A stretch of 64,000 nt of DNA, from positions 3,669,963 to 3,733,962 of the forward strand of contig CBDEGI010000004.1 of NCBI GenBank assembly GCA_965237575.1, read 5' to 3'. Within the stretch, counting starts at the first letter, position 1, and every line of letters starts with the position of its first letter. The DNA comes from Bryobacterales bacterium. Lineage in GTDB: Bacteria; Acidobacteriota; Terriglobia; Bryobacterales; UBA6623. Position numbers and translations under genes: made by a program. The notes under the pieces are model-generated. The model was not told where the DNA came from. It saw nothing but the letters and a program-made list of their open reading frames with translations, and ran no database searches. Shown one piece after another: positions 27,002 to 35,759 of this stretch.

Positions 27002-28799
27002 CCGGGAAGTTATCCCTTAACTCTTTCCCCCTTTCCCTTTACATCGGGACGATGACCCGGCGGAAAATTTTTGTACTTGGAGCGTTTCTAGAGCTTTTCG
27101 GCTACAACGCCGGCTCGGTCCGGAGCCCTTTTAACCAGGATTTCCATTTTGGCCCTGGCACGGCCACAGTATACACCCGCTCCGCTCCGAACAGCACGTC
27201 CTTTCACGCTGAACCCTGCACATCACCTCTGCTGGTAGTCGCCAGAGCTGGTTCGACCGCTCACAGTCGTTGATTGAGCGGCTTGAACGGCGCTCCGGCC
27301 GACACTGCTCCTTGCGAAACCTTTTGGAGCCAAAAGCTGTTGATCCTCACTCCGGCAATGCTACCCACTCGGCAGCGGCAGCGCCCAGATCTTGTGCAGC
27401 ATGTCGCCGAACAGCCGCCGGTTCAGATGTCCCTCCGCCAATAAGAGCCAGTAATACCGCGCGTGCTTGACCAGCCGACCGCCGGTCTTCATCAACCTGT
27501 GTTGCAAGCTCGTCAGCGACCAACTCTTGATTCGCTGCGGAAGCCCCAGCCGCCGCCAAAGATTGCCCAGGTTGTAGGCCAGCACGCTCAGTTGCAACCG
27601 CACTTCGTTGGCTCGAAATCGATGGCACGACAATCGCGTCCAGTGCGTCGCCTGCTTGCCTTCCTTGATCCACTGTTCCGCCGTGCCGCGCTTGTTGTAG
27701 AAGCGCACCACCGAGCGGCTCGGCAAGCTCATGCTCGTCACGATGAATCCGACGCGCGGGAACAGCTCGCCCTGGTGATGCTCGACCTTAGCGACGATCC
27801 GCCTCGCCTGCGACCAACTCTCCGCCTGATAGCGAAAACTCTTGTAGCGCACCAAGGGCTTGCGGGAAGGCCTTCCCGGCGGGCGAAACAGGATGTCTTC
27901 GATCTCCAGCTCCAAGCTCTTGTTGGCCGGAATGCGAATGGCGTACTGTACTCCGCGTTCCTCCGAAGCCTCATAAACTTCCGGCTTCGCAAAGGCCGCA
28001 TCGCCCCGGAAGGCGACCTGCTTGCCCGCAGCCTGTTGGCGCTCGATCTCCGGCAACAAGAGCTCATCCCAGTCCTCGGCGCTGTGCACGTTGCCTGGAC
28101 GCAGCTTGGCAGCGAGGCAATCACCATGACCGTTGAACAAAAGCAACGGGTGGTAGCAGACCGACTCGAAGTGTCCGTTGTAGGCACTGCCTTCCTGTTG
28201 GCCATGGACCGGACTCTCGGTGGAGTCCAGGTCCAGAACGACCCGCTCGGCGTCGTCGAACGCTTCCGCTTGCCCGACCAGCTCTCGGTTCAGCGCCATC
28301 AGCCCCAGCAGGTTCTCTTCGCTCGCCAGCATCTCCGTCTCGAAGCCGTGCAGCGTCGAGGTCAAGGCCGCACCGCGATCCCAGATCTTCTGCGAACCGA
28401 TCAGCCGAAACGTCGGATCGATCGAAACCCGCTCGGCGTCGTTGAGGTCCTCGTAGCCGGCGAGTCGGCTGTAAACCGACTGCCGCAACAGATCAGCGAG
28501 CGTGAACTGCTTGTTTGTGCCTTGCCGGGAGTCGCTGAGATGCTCGTCAATCAGTTCTCCGAGACCGAGCCGTTCGTCCAGTTCGCGAACCAAAATCAGG
28601 CCACCGTCGGAAGTGACGTGCGATCCCTGGAAATCGACTTTGAGAAGTCCATTGAAACTTAGCTGGAATGGCTTGGTTTGTTTTTCACCCATTGGGTGTT
28701 GGCCTCCATGGCGTCCTCATCGGGCTCTAGCCCCTATGAATAAAGACGCTCAAGGCCGCTGGAAGGTCGGGATGTCAAACATCAAATTGAAAATGCGGG
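27002..28799 (-). mobile_element. IS1380-family insertion sequence (about 1.8 kb)
   Basis: CTTAG is present at both junctions (26997-27001 and 28800-28804). Joining across them restores LELGLRIDEIPIKFYRLAGRQ. The terminal repeats are weak, so the ends are good to about 5 nt. Confidence 0.7.
27361..28692 (-). CDS. IS1380-family transposase (DDE)
   Basis: 443 aa: SDGGLILVRELDERLGL...VVLDLDSTESPVHGQQEGSAYNGHFESVCYHPLLLF...FRGDAAFA...RFYNKRGTAEQWIKEGK. Confidence 0.85.
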   Translation of the reverse strand: MGEKQTKPFQLSFNGLLKVDFQGSHVTSDGGLILVRELDERLGLGELIDEHLSDSRQGTNKQFTLADLLRQSVYSRLAGYEDLNDAERVSIDPTFRLIGSQKIWDRGAALTSTLHGFETEMLASEENLLGLMALNRELVGQAEAFDDAERVVLDLDSTESPVHGQQEGSAYNGHFESVCYHPLLLFNGHGDCLAAKLRPGNVHSAEDWDELLLPEIERQQAAGKQVAFRGDAAFAKPEVYEASEERGVQYAIRIPANKSLELEIEDILFRPPGRPSRKPLVRYKSFRYQAESWSQARRIVAKVEHHQGELFPRVGFIVTSMSLPSRSVVRFYNKRGTAEQWIKEGKQATHWTRLSCHRFRANEVRLQLSVLAYNLGNLWRRLGLPQRIKSWSLTSLQHRLMKTGGRLVKHARYYWLLLAEGHLNRRLFGDMLHKIWALPLPSG

Positions 28800-28804
28800 C
28801 TTAG

Positions 28805-28931
28805 AATCGACGAGATACCGATCAAGTTCTACCGGTTAGCCGGCAGACAACCCTTTGTACGGATCGGTGCCATCCTGAGGTTTACGAAGCACTTGCTCGC
28901 CTACCGATTTGGGCGGGGGCGGCAAGCATAG
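28805..28931 (+). pseudogene. GT2 glycosyltransferase, 3' part
   Basis: My translation: (R)IDEIPIKFYRLAGRQPFVRIGAILRFTKHLLAYRFGRGRQA, stop at 28929-28931. Confidence 0.65.
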
Positions 28932-28937
28932 CGGACA

Positions 28938-29807
28938 GTGAAGACCGTATTCGTAACGGGCGCCGCCTCGAAGATCGGGCAAGCGGTTTGTGCCTGCCTC
29001 CGATCAGAGTTTCGCTTCGTGGTTCTTATTCATCAGACCGACGCGTGGCTCCCGGGCGCCGACGTGGAGTTCGTCCGGGGGAGTATCGAAAAGGCTGCCG
29101 GTTATCGGGAAGCGCTGCAAAGGGCAGATCTGGTGCTGCACCTGGCCGGTGCGACCCACGAGTCGAAAGTGTCGGAATACTATAGAGTAAACCAACGCGG
29201 GACGGAGCAGTTGCTGACGGCGTGCCGGCCGGACCAAGCCGTCGTGTACATGAGCACTCGCTGCGTAGGAGAGCAGGGGGGAGCGTACAGCTACTCGAAG
29301 CAACTCGCCGAGCAAGCCATAAAGTCCGAACGGCGGCCCCACGTGATCATCCGACCGGCCGAGGTCTACGGCACCCGATCCGGCGAAGGGATCGACTCGT
29401 TATTGCGGATCGCAGCCAGGACCCGGCTGCTGGCGGATTTTCGATGGAATCCGCCAGTGACCTATTCACCGATCTCCGTGGACGAGTTGGCAGACTTTAC
29501 CGCAGACGTTGTGCGGAACATCCGGGCCGGCCGGACCTACACCCTCTGCAATGGCAGAGCCTACACGGCGGAGGAGATTCGCCAGGCCCTGACGAAACGC
29601 CTTGGGAAGCGAGTCTTTCGTGTTCCTGTATCCGTCAGCGCATTGATGATGCTGCGAAAACTGAGGGTGCCGACCCCGTTCAAGGGCGATCAACTGCGCA
29701 GGCTCGTGATGAGGAAATCCTCGGACACCCGTCAGGCGCGGAACGATTACGGTTTCGCTCCGGTGCCATTCACCGAAGCGATCACGAGCGGGGTTGTTGC
29801 CCTCTAG
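28938..29807 (+). CDS. NAD-dependent epimerase/dehydratase family (extended SDR)
   Basis: GTG start. MKTVFVTGAASKIGQAV and the YSYSK catalytic motif. Confidence 0.8.
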   Translation: MKTVFVTGAASKIGQAVCACLRSEFRFVVLIHQTDAWLPGADVEFVRGSIEKAAGYREALQRADLVLHLAGATHESKVSEYYRVNQRGTEQLLTACRPDQAVVYMSTRCVGEQGGAYSYSKQLAEQAIKSERRPHVIIRPAEVYGTRSGEGIDSLLRIAARTRLLADFRWNPPVTYSPISVDELADFTADVVRNIRAGRTYTLCNGRAYTAEEIRQALTKRLGKRVFRVPVSVSALMMLRKLRVPTPFKGDQLRRLVMRKSSDTRQARNDYGFAPVPFTEAITSGVVAL

Positions 29808-29826
29808 CGTGGATTCTCTGGCCCAA

Positions 29827-29861
29827 TGGCGGGCCCGGCGCGACTCGAACGCGCGACCTGC
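29827..29861 (-). other. tRNA 3' fragment (variable loop, T-arm, acceptor 3' strand, CCA); not a complete gene
   Basis: The minus strand reads GC AGGTC GCGCG TTCGAGT CGCGC CGGGCCC G CCA. I could not fold a D-arm or anticodon arm from the sequence upstream. Confidence 0.5.
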
Positions 29862-30020
29862 AAACCAAGCCCGGCTTGCGGCTCATGCGACGCAGCGCTT
29901 TGCGAGCGCGCTCGTTCAGTTCCCAGTAGTCCTTCGGTCAAACGGTCGGCAACTCGTGCTGCTTCCATTAAGACCAGATGTACTCCACCAGATTCAGCTC
30001 GGGAGTCTGTAGCCTGTCGG
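29862..30020 (-). pseudogene. IS630-family transposase C-terminal relic with in-frame stops
   Basis: My minus-strand translation: DRLQTPELNLVEYIWS*WKQHELPTV*PKDYWELNERARKALRRMSRKPGLV. Compare the PELNP.E..W motif of IS630 transposases. Confidence 0.55.
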
Positions 30021-30265
30021 GCCTGATAAGATTGGCCCTAGACGGCATCTTCGCCTTTTCGACCGTACCCTTCTGGGGGCTCGCGGCGGCTTGCACACAC
30101 TGGGCCTCAGCACCGGCGTTCTCTCGTCACTGTGGTGGAATCCGAAAGCGGGCTCGAAACAGCATTAGCCCTCTTGATCCAATGCTACCTGCAACGCTGG
30201 TCTCTTTTCGAGGAGGGCCGCGCAGCGATTTGGAACGTGATTACGCGACGCTTGGGCAGTGGATC
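30020..30265 (+). repeat. Mosaic of gene scraps: GT2 C-terminal piece, a duplicate of 23233-23370, and a duplicate of 24109-24160
   Basis: LIRLALDGIFAFSTVPF looks like a GT2 tail. About 30068-30215 aligns to the CoA-binding gene 3' end, the intergenic region and the GT39 start. 30218-30265 aligns to the internal GT39 segment PRSDLERDYATLEQWI. Confidence 0.65.
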
Positions 30266-30306
30266 ACAAGAATCGGGGGAACGATCGGGCTTTATCGTTT
30301 GGAACC

Positions 30307-31660
30307 ATGAAGCTGTCCCACCTGCTGGACCCGCCAAGCCGCAGGACGACCCTTCTCGTGCTGGCGCTCCTGTTCCTGATCATGGTCGTCCGCATCGTCG
30401 CTACCTATGGCATCTTCAACGCGACGTCCGACGAGGGATTTCACATCGCGGCCGGCGTCGAAATCTACCAGGCTAGGACGTACACTGCACTTGTAGAGCA
30501 ACCGCCGCTCTCCCGGTTCCCGATCGGTTTGCTGCCCTATCTGGCCGGGGCGCGGACTCTGCCTGGGCAGCATCTCGTTGTTCAGGGGCGCTACGTTCTG
30601 GAAAGTTCCGGGGACTATTGGAAGACACTCACGCTGGCCCGGATCGGGAATCTCATCTTTGTCCCCGTTCTGCTCTTTTACGTGTACCGGTGGGGCGCTG
30701 AACTCTACGGGCGCACCGCGGGGATTGTTGCCGTGTGTCTGATCACGTTCTGCCGAGTGTCTTGGCTCACGCTGGTCTGGCAACCGTGGATTTGGCGATT
30801 ACCGCCACGCTGGTGGGGGCTGCCTACCACCTGTACCGCTGGTTTGCGTCGTGCAGTGGGCTCCATGCCCTGGCAGCAGGATTCCTCTCCGGGCTGGCGC
30901 TAATGTCCAAATACTCTGCGATCGGCTTTCTGCCGGCTCTGATAGGCTCGTTCCTCTTCGTAGCGATTGGAGAAAGGCTGCGGAGCAGACCGCGTTGGGC
31001 CGTCGAAGCCTTTCGCAGGTCGATTCTGCATAGTTTCCTTTTTCTCGCAAGCGGCATGCTCGTTGTTTGGGTCTGCTTCGCATGGAACTCTTCGCTGGTG
31101 GGAGGACCGATCTCTGCCGAGTATGACGTGCTTGACCTCGTCGTGCCCTCTGGCACGGTGCTGAACCAAGTCCTTTCGACCGTTGTGCGTACGATGCGGG
31201 CGACGGTTCCTGGGTTTCTGGAGGGGATCTTCAACGCTGTGAATCATGCGAGAGGGGGACACAGGTCCAGTTTCTGCTGGGAGAAATCAGGTACAAGGAG
31301 GGATGGTGGTACTACTTTCCCGTCGCGCTGATGGTGAAGCTGACACTGCCGTTTCTTGTCCTGGTGGTTGTTGCCTTGATTACTTGCGTTCGCCGCCCGC
31401 CGAGTTGCGTGTACAGGTCACTGTACCCGGCACTCGGAGCGCTATCGATTCTCTCTGTCGGGATGTTCAGCGAGATCAATATAGGTGTCCGCCACGTATT
31501 GCCGATGCTGCCGCTGTTGGCTGTGGCGGCCTCTTCGATGTTTGAGCGCCGGGGCCGACACCCGGGCGGCCGTATCGTGCTGCTTTCGTGCGTGTTGGTC
31601 GGGAGCCAACTCATCGCCTCTAGTGCCGCGCATCCCGATTACTTGGCATTATCTTGGTGA
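30307..31660 (+). pseudogene. GT39 glycosyltransferase paralog with two or more frameshifts and a 3' truncation
   Basis: Three ORFs in three frames (30259.., 30735.., 31331..) are collinear with the 23326/25473 copy. Frame breaks lie near 30751 and 31267. Homology ends at about 31645 (AAHPDYLA). Confidence 0.8.
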
Positions 31661-31820
31661 GATTCTCCAGGAACTGAACCGGAGGTTAGGGAAGCCGGTC
31701 AAGTTTCTGGGCCCAAACGGTGAAGAATGGACAGCCGAAGAGTGGATCAATTACGTGCGCCGGGAGCTGAGGGTGGTGTAGGCCGGCGCGACCCACGCGG
31801 CTCGGCAAGGGAGCACATGC

Positions 31821-32978
31821 TCACGACTGGAACACCTTATTGAGCTTCAACAGCCTCTCTGCCTTCGGGTACCAACCCGAGGCGGCAAAGTCGCACGTGT
31901 GCAGATAACATTGCGCTCGTAACTCGCTCCCGCGAAACGTGAAGTGGCGGCTCATGGGCACGGTCGTGCGCCGGGCGTGGTGACGCGCCAGTGCTGACAC
32001 GTTCACGAAGTGTACTCCCCAGCGGGTCTCGACGTGCGACTTGCCGCCATAGCTGTCGCCGGGATGTGTATGCGTGTGCGCGCCAAGCCACAGGTCGATC
32101 GCCCCCGGGTGCGCTTCCAAATACTTCTCAAACGCCTGCGCATCTCGTACCCCGTCGACCCAATAGAGATAAGACGCGCCTTTGGGTGTTCCCAACGGCT
32201 TGTAGCCGTGATAGTACGAGCGCCAGAGGCCGCTTGCGTCCTTGCGCATGCCTTCCCACTCGCCCGAGGCGACGGTCGTGTTCTTCAGTACATAGTGGTG
32301 AGCCGAGACGATGATCTTGTCCTGGTTCGCCTCGACCATCCGCCTCCACCATTCGAAGGTCTCACCTGACACGACGCCACCTGGGTTGCCCCCAAGCAGG
32401 TCCCGTCCCGGACGGCTGGTCGGCTCGTTGATGTCGCTCATCATCAGGAACAGCACGTTGCCCACTTGGAAGGAGTACCGCTCCCATGTCCCGGCCGTGG
32501 GATAGCGGCGCTTGCCGGCATCGACGCCCGAGTACTTCGTGTACTCCCCCATCGGGTCGAGCCATTTGTGCCACCACCAGTTCTTAGGCTCGTCCATGCC
32601 ACTGCGGTCGTGGTTGCCGCAGAGGCTATAGATGTCCTCGCGCCTGTGCTTCTTGAGGGCTTTGCCGAACTGGCGGGCGACCTCCTCGCCTTCCGGGTCA
32701 TCGGGCAGGTGCTGCGCGCCGGACTGGTCGCCGAGATCGACGGCGGCGTCCCACTCAAACGGCGGAGCGCCGTCGGTCGTGCCGAACTCGGACTGCGAAA
32801 TCGCCTCGACCAGGCTTTCGCGGCGGCCGTAGCGGCGATCGCTGCCGACGTGGGCGTCGCTGAAAGCCCATAGGCGCAAGGCGTCGGTCGAGGAGGTTTG
32901 CGCCAGAGCCGGGGCAGCTCCTATCGCACCGGCGGTGGCCAAGGAAGTCGCCCGTAGAAATTCGCGTCGGCTCGTCAC
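31821..32978 (-). CDS. Tat-secreted metallophosphoesterase (calcineurin-like)
   Basis: MTSRREFLRATSLATAGAIGAAPALAQ, DLGDQSG, CGNHD, SAHHY and GAHTHTH. Confidence 0.8.
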   Translation of the reverse strand: MTSRREFLRATSLATAGAIGAAPALAQTSSTDALRLWAFSDAHVGSDRRYGRRESLVEAISQSEFGTTDGAPPFEWDAAVDLGDQSGAQHLPDDPEGEEVARQFGKALKKHRREDIYSLCGNHDRSGMDEPKNWWWHKWLDPMGEYTKYSGVDAGKRRYPTAGTWERYSFQVGNVLFLMMSDINEPTSRPGRDLLGGNPGGVVSGETFEWWRRMVEANQDKIIVSAHHYVLKNTTVASGEWEGMRKDASGLWRSYYHGYKPLGTPKGASYLYWVDGVRDAQAFEKYLEAHPGAIDLWLGAHTHTHPGDSYGGKSHVETRWGVHFVNVSALARHHARRTTVPMSRHFTFRGSELRAQCYLHTCDFAASGWYPKAERLLKLNKVFQS

Positions 32979-33000
32979 TGGCTATGGGCTCGTCCACTTA

Positions 33001-33055
33001 CCACAACGGAGCCGCGGATGTGAATCCGCGGGCGCGCGGGCGCAAGCTCGCGCTG
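33001..33055 (+). repeat. GNRA-hairpin intergenic repeat (CCGCGGAT-GTGA-ATCCGCGG, then a GCAA-capped hairpin)
   Basis: Hairpin at 33012-33031. Aligns to the reverse complement of 20040-20100 and, more loosely, to 1187-1217 and 8897-8926. Confidence 0.55.
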
Positions 33056-33066
33056 GTCCAATATCT

Positions 33067-34602
33067 TCACTTCACGTCCTCATACAGTGCAATGGTCTCT
33101 CGGATGAGCTTCTCGGCCGCGCCACGTCCATAAGGCGACCGCTCGACCTCATAGCCCCCGAAAGCGTACTCAGCCTCGATCGGAATGTAGTCGCCGCCGA
33201 CGCCGCTCGAGTACGCAGCGAACATCGTGAAAGCGAACGGGGACGCCTTCTTGACGGCAACGCCAATCTCACCGAAAGGCTCGCCCGGCATGGCAACGAT
33301 AGCCACCTCGCCGATACGCAACACCTGCACTTCCACCTGGATCGGTGAGGGATCGAACGGCATCTTCCACTTCACGAGCAAATCGCCGAACCGTCGTAGC
33401 CGTGCTTCGGCCTGATGCTTCTTCCACGGATCGCCCTTCCGCGGATCGTCATTGGTGCGCGCCGCCTCGACTTGCCGGCGGGCCTTCGCCACCCGCGCTT
33501 CCATGGCTGTGATCTCTTCCTGTGTGTACTGGCGCCGGGGGAGATCAACCAGCTTCGACGTGAACTTCAACGTAGCGTCGCGGGGTCCTTTGACGCGCCA
33601 GTGCTGCTTGGCTTGATATGCCGTCGATTCGACGAAGCCCTCGAACGTCGGCTCGCGGCGCACCGTCTCGATGCCGTGTGCCACCGCGGCGACCTGATGC
33701 CCCAGAATCGATCCCAGCCGGTGAGGGACGCTGAGGTCCCCGGTAAAACCCTCGATCGGCCCTTGATTCCCCGCCGCGCCCTGAAAGAACAGGCACAGCG
33801 CTCCGGGAAACGCCTGCTCGACCACTTTGCGCGTCATGCCGGGCCAATCGGGCGAGGCGTACTTGTTCTCGTAGGCAAGCACGGTCCCGTGGCACTGAAA
33901 ATTCGCCAAGACGGCGATCGGCTTGCCGTCCGCGCCATCGATGCGCAAGACGATCAACTCGCGGTCGACGAAGCCGTCAGGGTTGCGTCCCACGGCCGGC
34001 GGGTTATCGCCACGGGCTCGAACACGCCGGTTGACGTTGATCGTCCCGGCGCCGCGCCCGCCGTAGATGTGTGCCGGACGCAGATTGCGGTTCGCCTCGG
34101 CGATCGCCCCGACAATCTTGTCGACGACTTGCTCGCGATAGCGACCGATCATCTCGAGATGCGGTGAGAGGTCCACTCCCGCGGGCCCTTTGGCCGCGGA
34201 GAGATAGGGCCCGGCGTGGGTATGCGTGGCCGCGAGCCGGATGTGCCGCGCGGGGATGCCGGTCTCTTTCGCCGCCCGCCCGATCGCCGGTTCGAAGAAC
34301 CGGACCAGGATCGTATCCACGTCGACCATCGCGAACTTCTGGGCGCCGTTTGCCACGACCAGCGCCGTCGCCACCATGCCGACGGGGTCGTTGCCGACGG
34401 CATTGATGTGGGTCTGCGACCCCCAGTTCAACTGCGCAATCCCCACGGGGGGCGTGATGTCCGCCCGCGCCACCCCGGCCATCAACCCGGACGGCGGCGA
34501 ATCCTTCGGGCCTTGCTCGACCACATCGGCCCGAGCCGGCTGGAGACACAGGAGGGCTACGCCGAGGCCCCATACTCTCAGACGCCACGCTAGTCGATGC
34601 AC
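33067..34602 (-). CDS. Neutral/alkaline ceramidase-like N-terminal domain protein, secreted
   Basis: Signal peptide, then AGVARADITPPVGI...MVATALVV and HTHAGPY, the pattern of the ceramidase_alk family as I remember it. Confidence 0.65.
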   Translation of the reverse strand: MHRLAWRLRVWGLGVALLCLQPARADVVEQGPKDSPPSGLMAGVARADITPPVGIAQLNWGSQTHINAVGNDPVGMVATALVVANGAQKFAMVDVDTILVRFFEPAIGRAAKETGIPARHIRLAATHTHAGPYLSAAKGPAGVDLSPHLEMIGRYREQVVDKIVGAIAEANRNLRPAHIYGGRGAGTINVNRRVRARGDNPPAVGRNPDGFVDRELIVLRIDGADGKPIAVLANFQCHGTVLAYENKYASPDWPGMTRKVVEQAFPGALCLFFQGAAGNQGPIEGFTGDLSVPHRLGSILGHQVAAVAHGIETVRREPTFEGFVESTAYQAKQHWRVKGPRDATLKFTSKLVDLPRRQYTQEEITAMEARVAKARRQVEAARTNDDPRKGDPWKKHQAEARLRRFGDLLVKWKMPFDPSPIQVEVQVLRIGEVAIVAMPGEPFGEIGVAVKKASPFAFTMFAAYSSGVGGDYIPIEAEYAFGGYEVERSPYGRGAAEKLIRETIALYEDVK

Positions 34603-34771
34603 GCTTGCAAACCTCCTGATCTCTCAAACCGAGACGGCAACCCAAAAGCTAGCACCGCTCCCCGCACAATACAAGGAGGAACAATACAAGCGGCGGCGGC
34701 AGCCGCCCCGGAACCGACCCCGTCGAAGCGCGGTTCGCCTCGGAAACCGGCGCGGCCGGTTTGCTACACTG

Positions 34772-35659
34772 ATGCTCTTTGTAACGGAGTACCCACGCCT
34801 GCCTGTCGTCGCGGCCCTTGCCGACACTCAGGCGATCGGAGCTTATATGGCCTTTGTGCTGGCACTTGTCATCTGGATCATCTGTTTCGCGTTGTCCCTC
34901 CCCTTCATCACCAGAACCTGGTGGCCCCCTGAACCGATCACCGATCACGCCCGGGCGGTGGACGACCAGTTCTTGCTCACCTGCGTTGTCACGGGAGTCA
35001 TCTTCATCCTGGCTCACTTGGCGCTGGGATACGCTGTATGGAAGTTCCGGGGTGATCGAGCGGGTCCGGCTTCCTACGTTCGCGGCAACGACCGGTGGGA
35101 GTTGCTCTGGACCGCCGCGGCTACGGTGCTATTCGTCGGACTGACCTTCATGGGCTACACGATGTGGGCGGAAGCCCGCTTTGCCGAGGCGCGGTCCGCG
35201 ACTCCATCGGAGGATCGCCTCGTCGTCGAAGTGACCGGCCAGCAGTTCGTTTGGAACATGCGTTACGCGGGACGAGACGGCACATTCGGACCGCTGGACG
35301 TCAACCAAATCGACGACACCCTGGGGAATCCTCTCGGGGTGGATCGCAGCCACGCCGACGGCAAGGACGACGTGATCGTTCCGCGTATGGCCGTCCCGGT
35401 CAATAAGGAGGTCGAGGTGCTCCTTCGCTCGAAGGATGTTCTGCACAATTTCTTCGTCCCGGAGTTGCGGATCAAGCTCGATACCGTTCCCGGTCTGGTG
35501 GGGAGGCTTCGTTTCAAACCCGATAAGGTCGGCGAGTACGAGATTGTCTGCTCAGAGCTCTGCGGCCTGGGCCATTACAAGATGAGAAGCTTCTTAGATG
35601 TAATGGAGCCAGCCCAGTATGAGGAGTGGCTTGAGGAGCAATACTCTTTCCTGGAATAA
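34772..35659 (+). CDS. ctaC: Cytochrome c oxidase subunit II
   Basis: Tail of ORF 34226..35659 from the ATG at 34772. Two TM helices. The CuA site is VLHNFFVPELRIKLDTVPG...CSELCGLGHYKM. Confidence 0.85.
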   Translation: MLFVTEYPRLPVVAALADTQAIGAYMAFVLALVIWIICFALSLPFITRTWWPPEPITDHARAVDDQFLLTCVVTGVIFILAHLALGYAVWKFRGDRAGPASYVRGNDRWELLWTAAATVLFVGLTFMGYTMWAEARFAEARSATPSEDRLVVEVTGQQFVWNMRYAGRDGTFGPLDVNQIDDTLGNPLGVDRSHADGKDDVIVPRMAVPVNKEVEVLLRSKDVLHNFFVPELRIKLDTVPGLVGRLRFKPDKVGEYEIVCSELCGLGHYKMRSFLDVMEPAQYEEWLEEQYSFLE

Positions 35660-35759
35660 GTGGGCACCCCGAACGAAGCGAGCACCTCGGAAGCAGCCGC
35701 CGCCTCTCGCCAGTGAGCTGCTGCGCTGATTAAGAGGGCCGTCGTAGGAGAGCGAGTTC

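Noticed and set aside
27463-28662. 399-aa plus-strand ORF
   Set aside because: It lies antisense to the IS1380 transposase gene.
29827-29900. Complete tRNA gene
   Set aside because: Only the variable loop, T-arm and acceptor 3' strand are recognisable. The sequence where the anticodon arm should be forms a 7-bp stem with a 6-nt loop, not a canonical arm, and no D-arm is present.
34226-34771. N-terminal extension of the ctaC ORF
   Set aside because: It overlaps the ceramidase-like gene on the opposite strand and is Arg/Pro-rich. Subunit II-like sequence with TM helices begins at the ATG at 34772.
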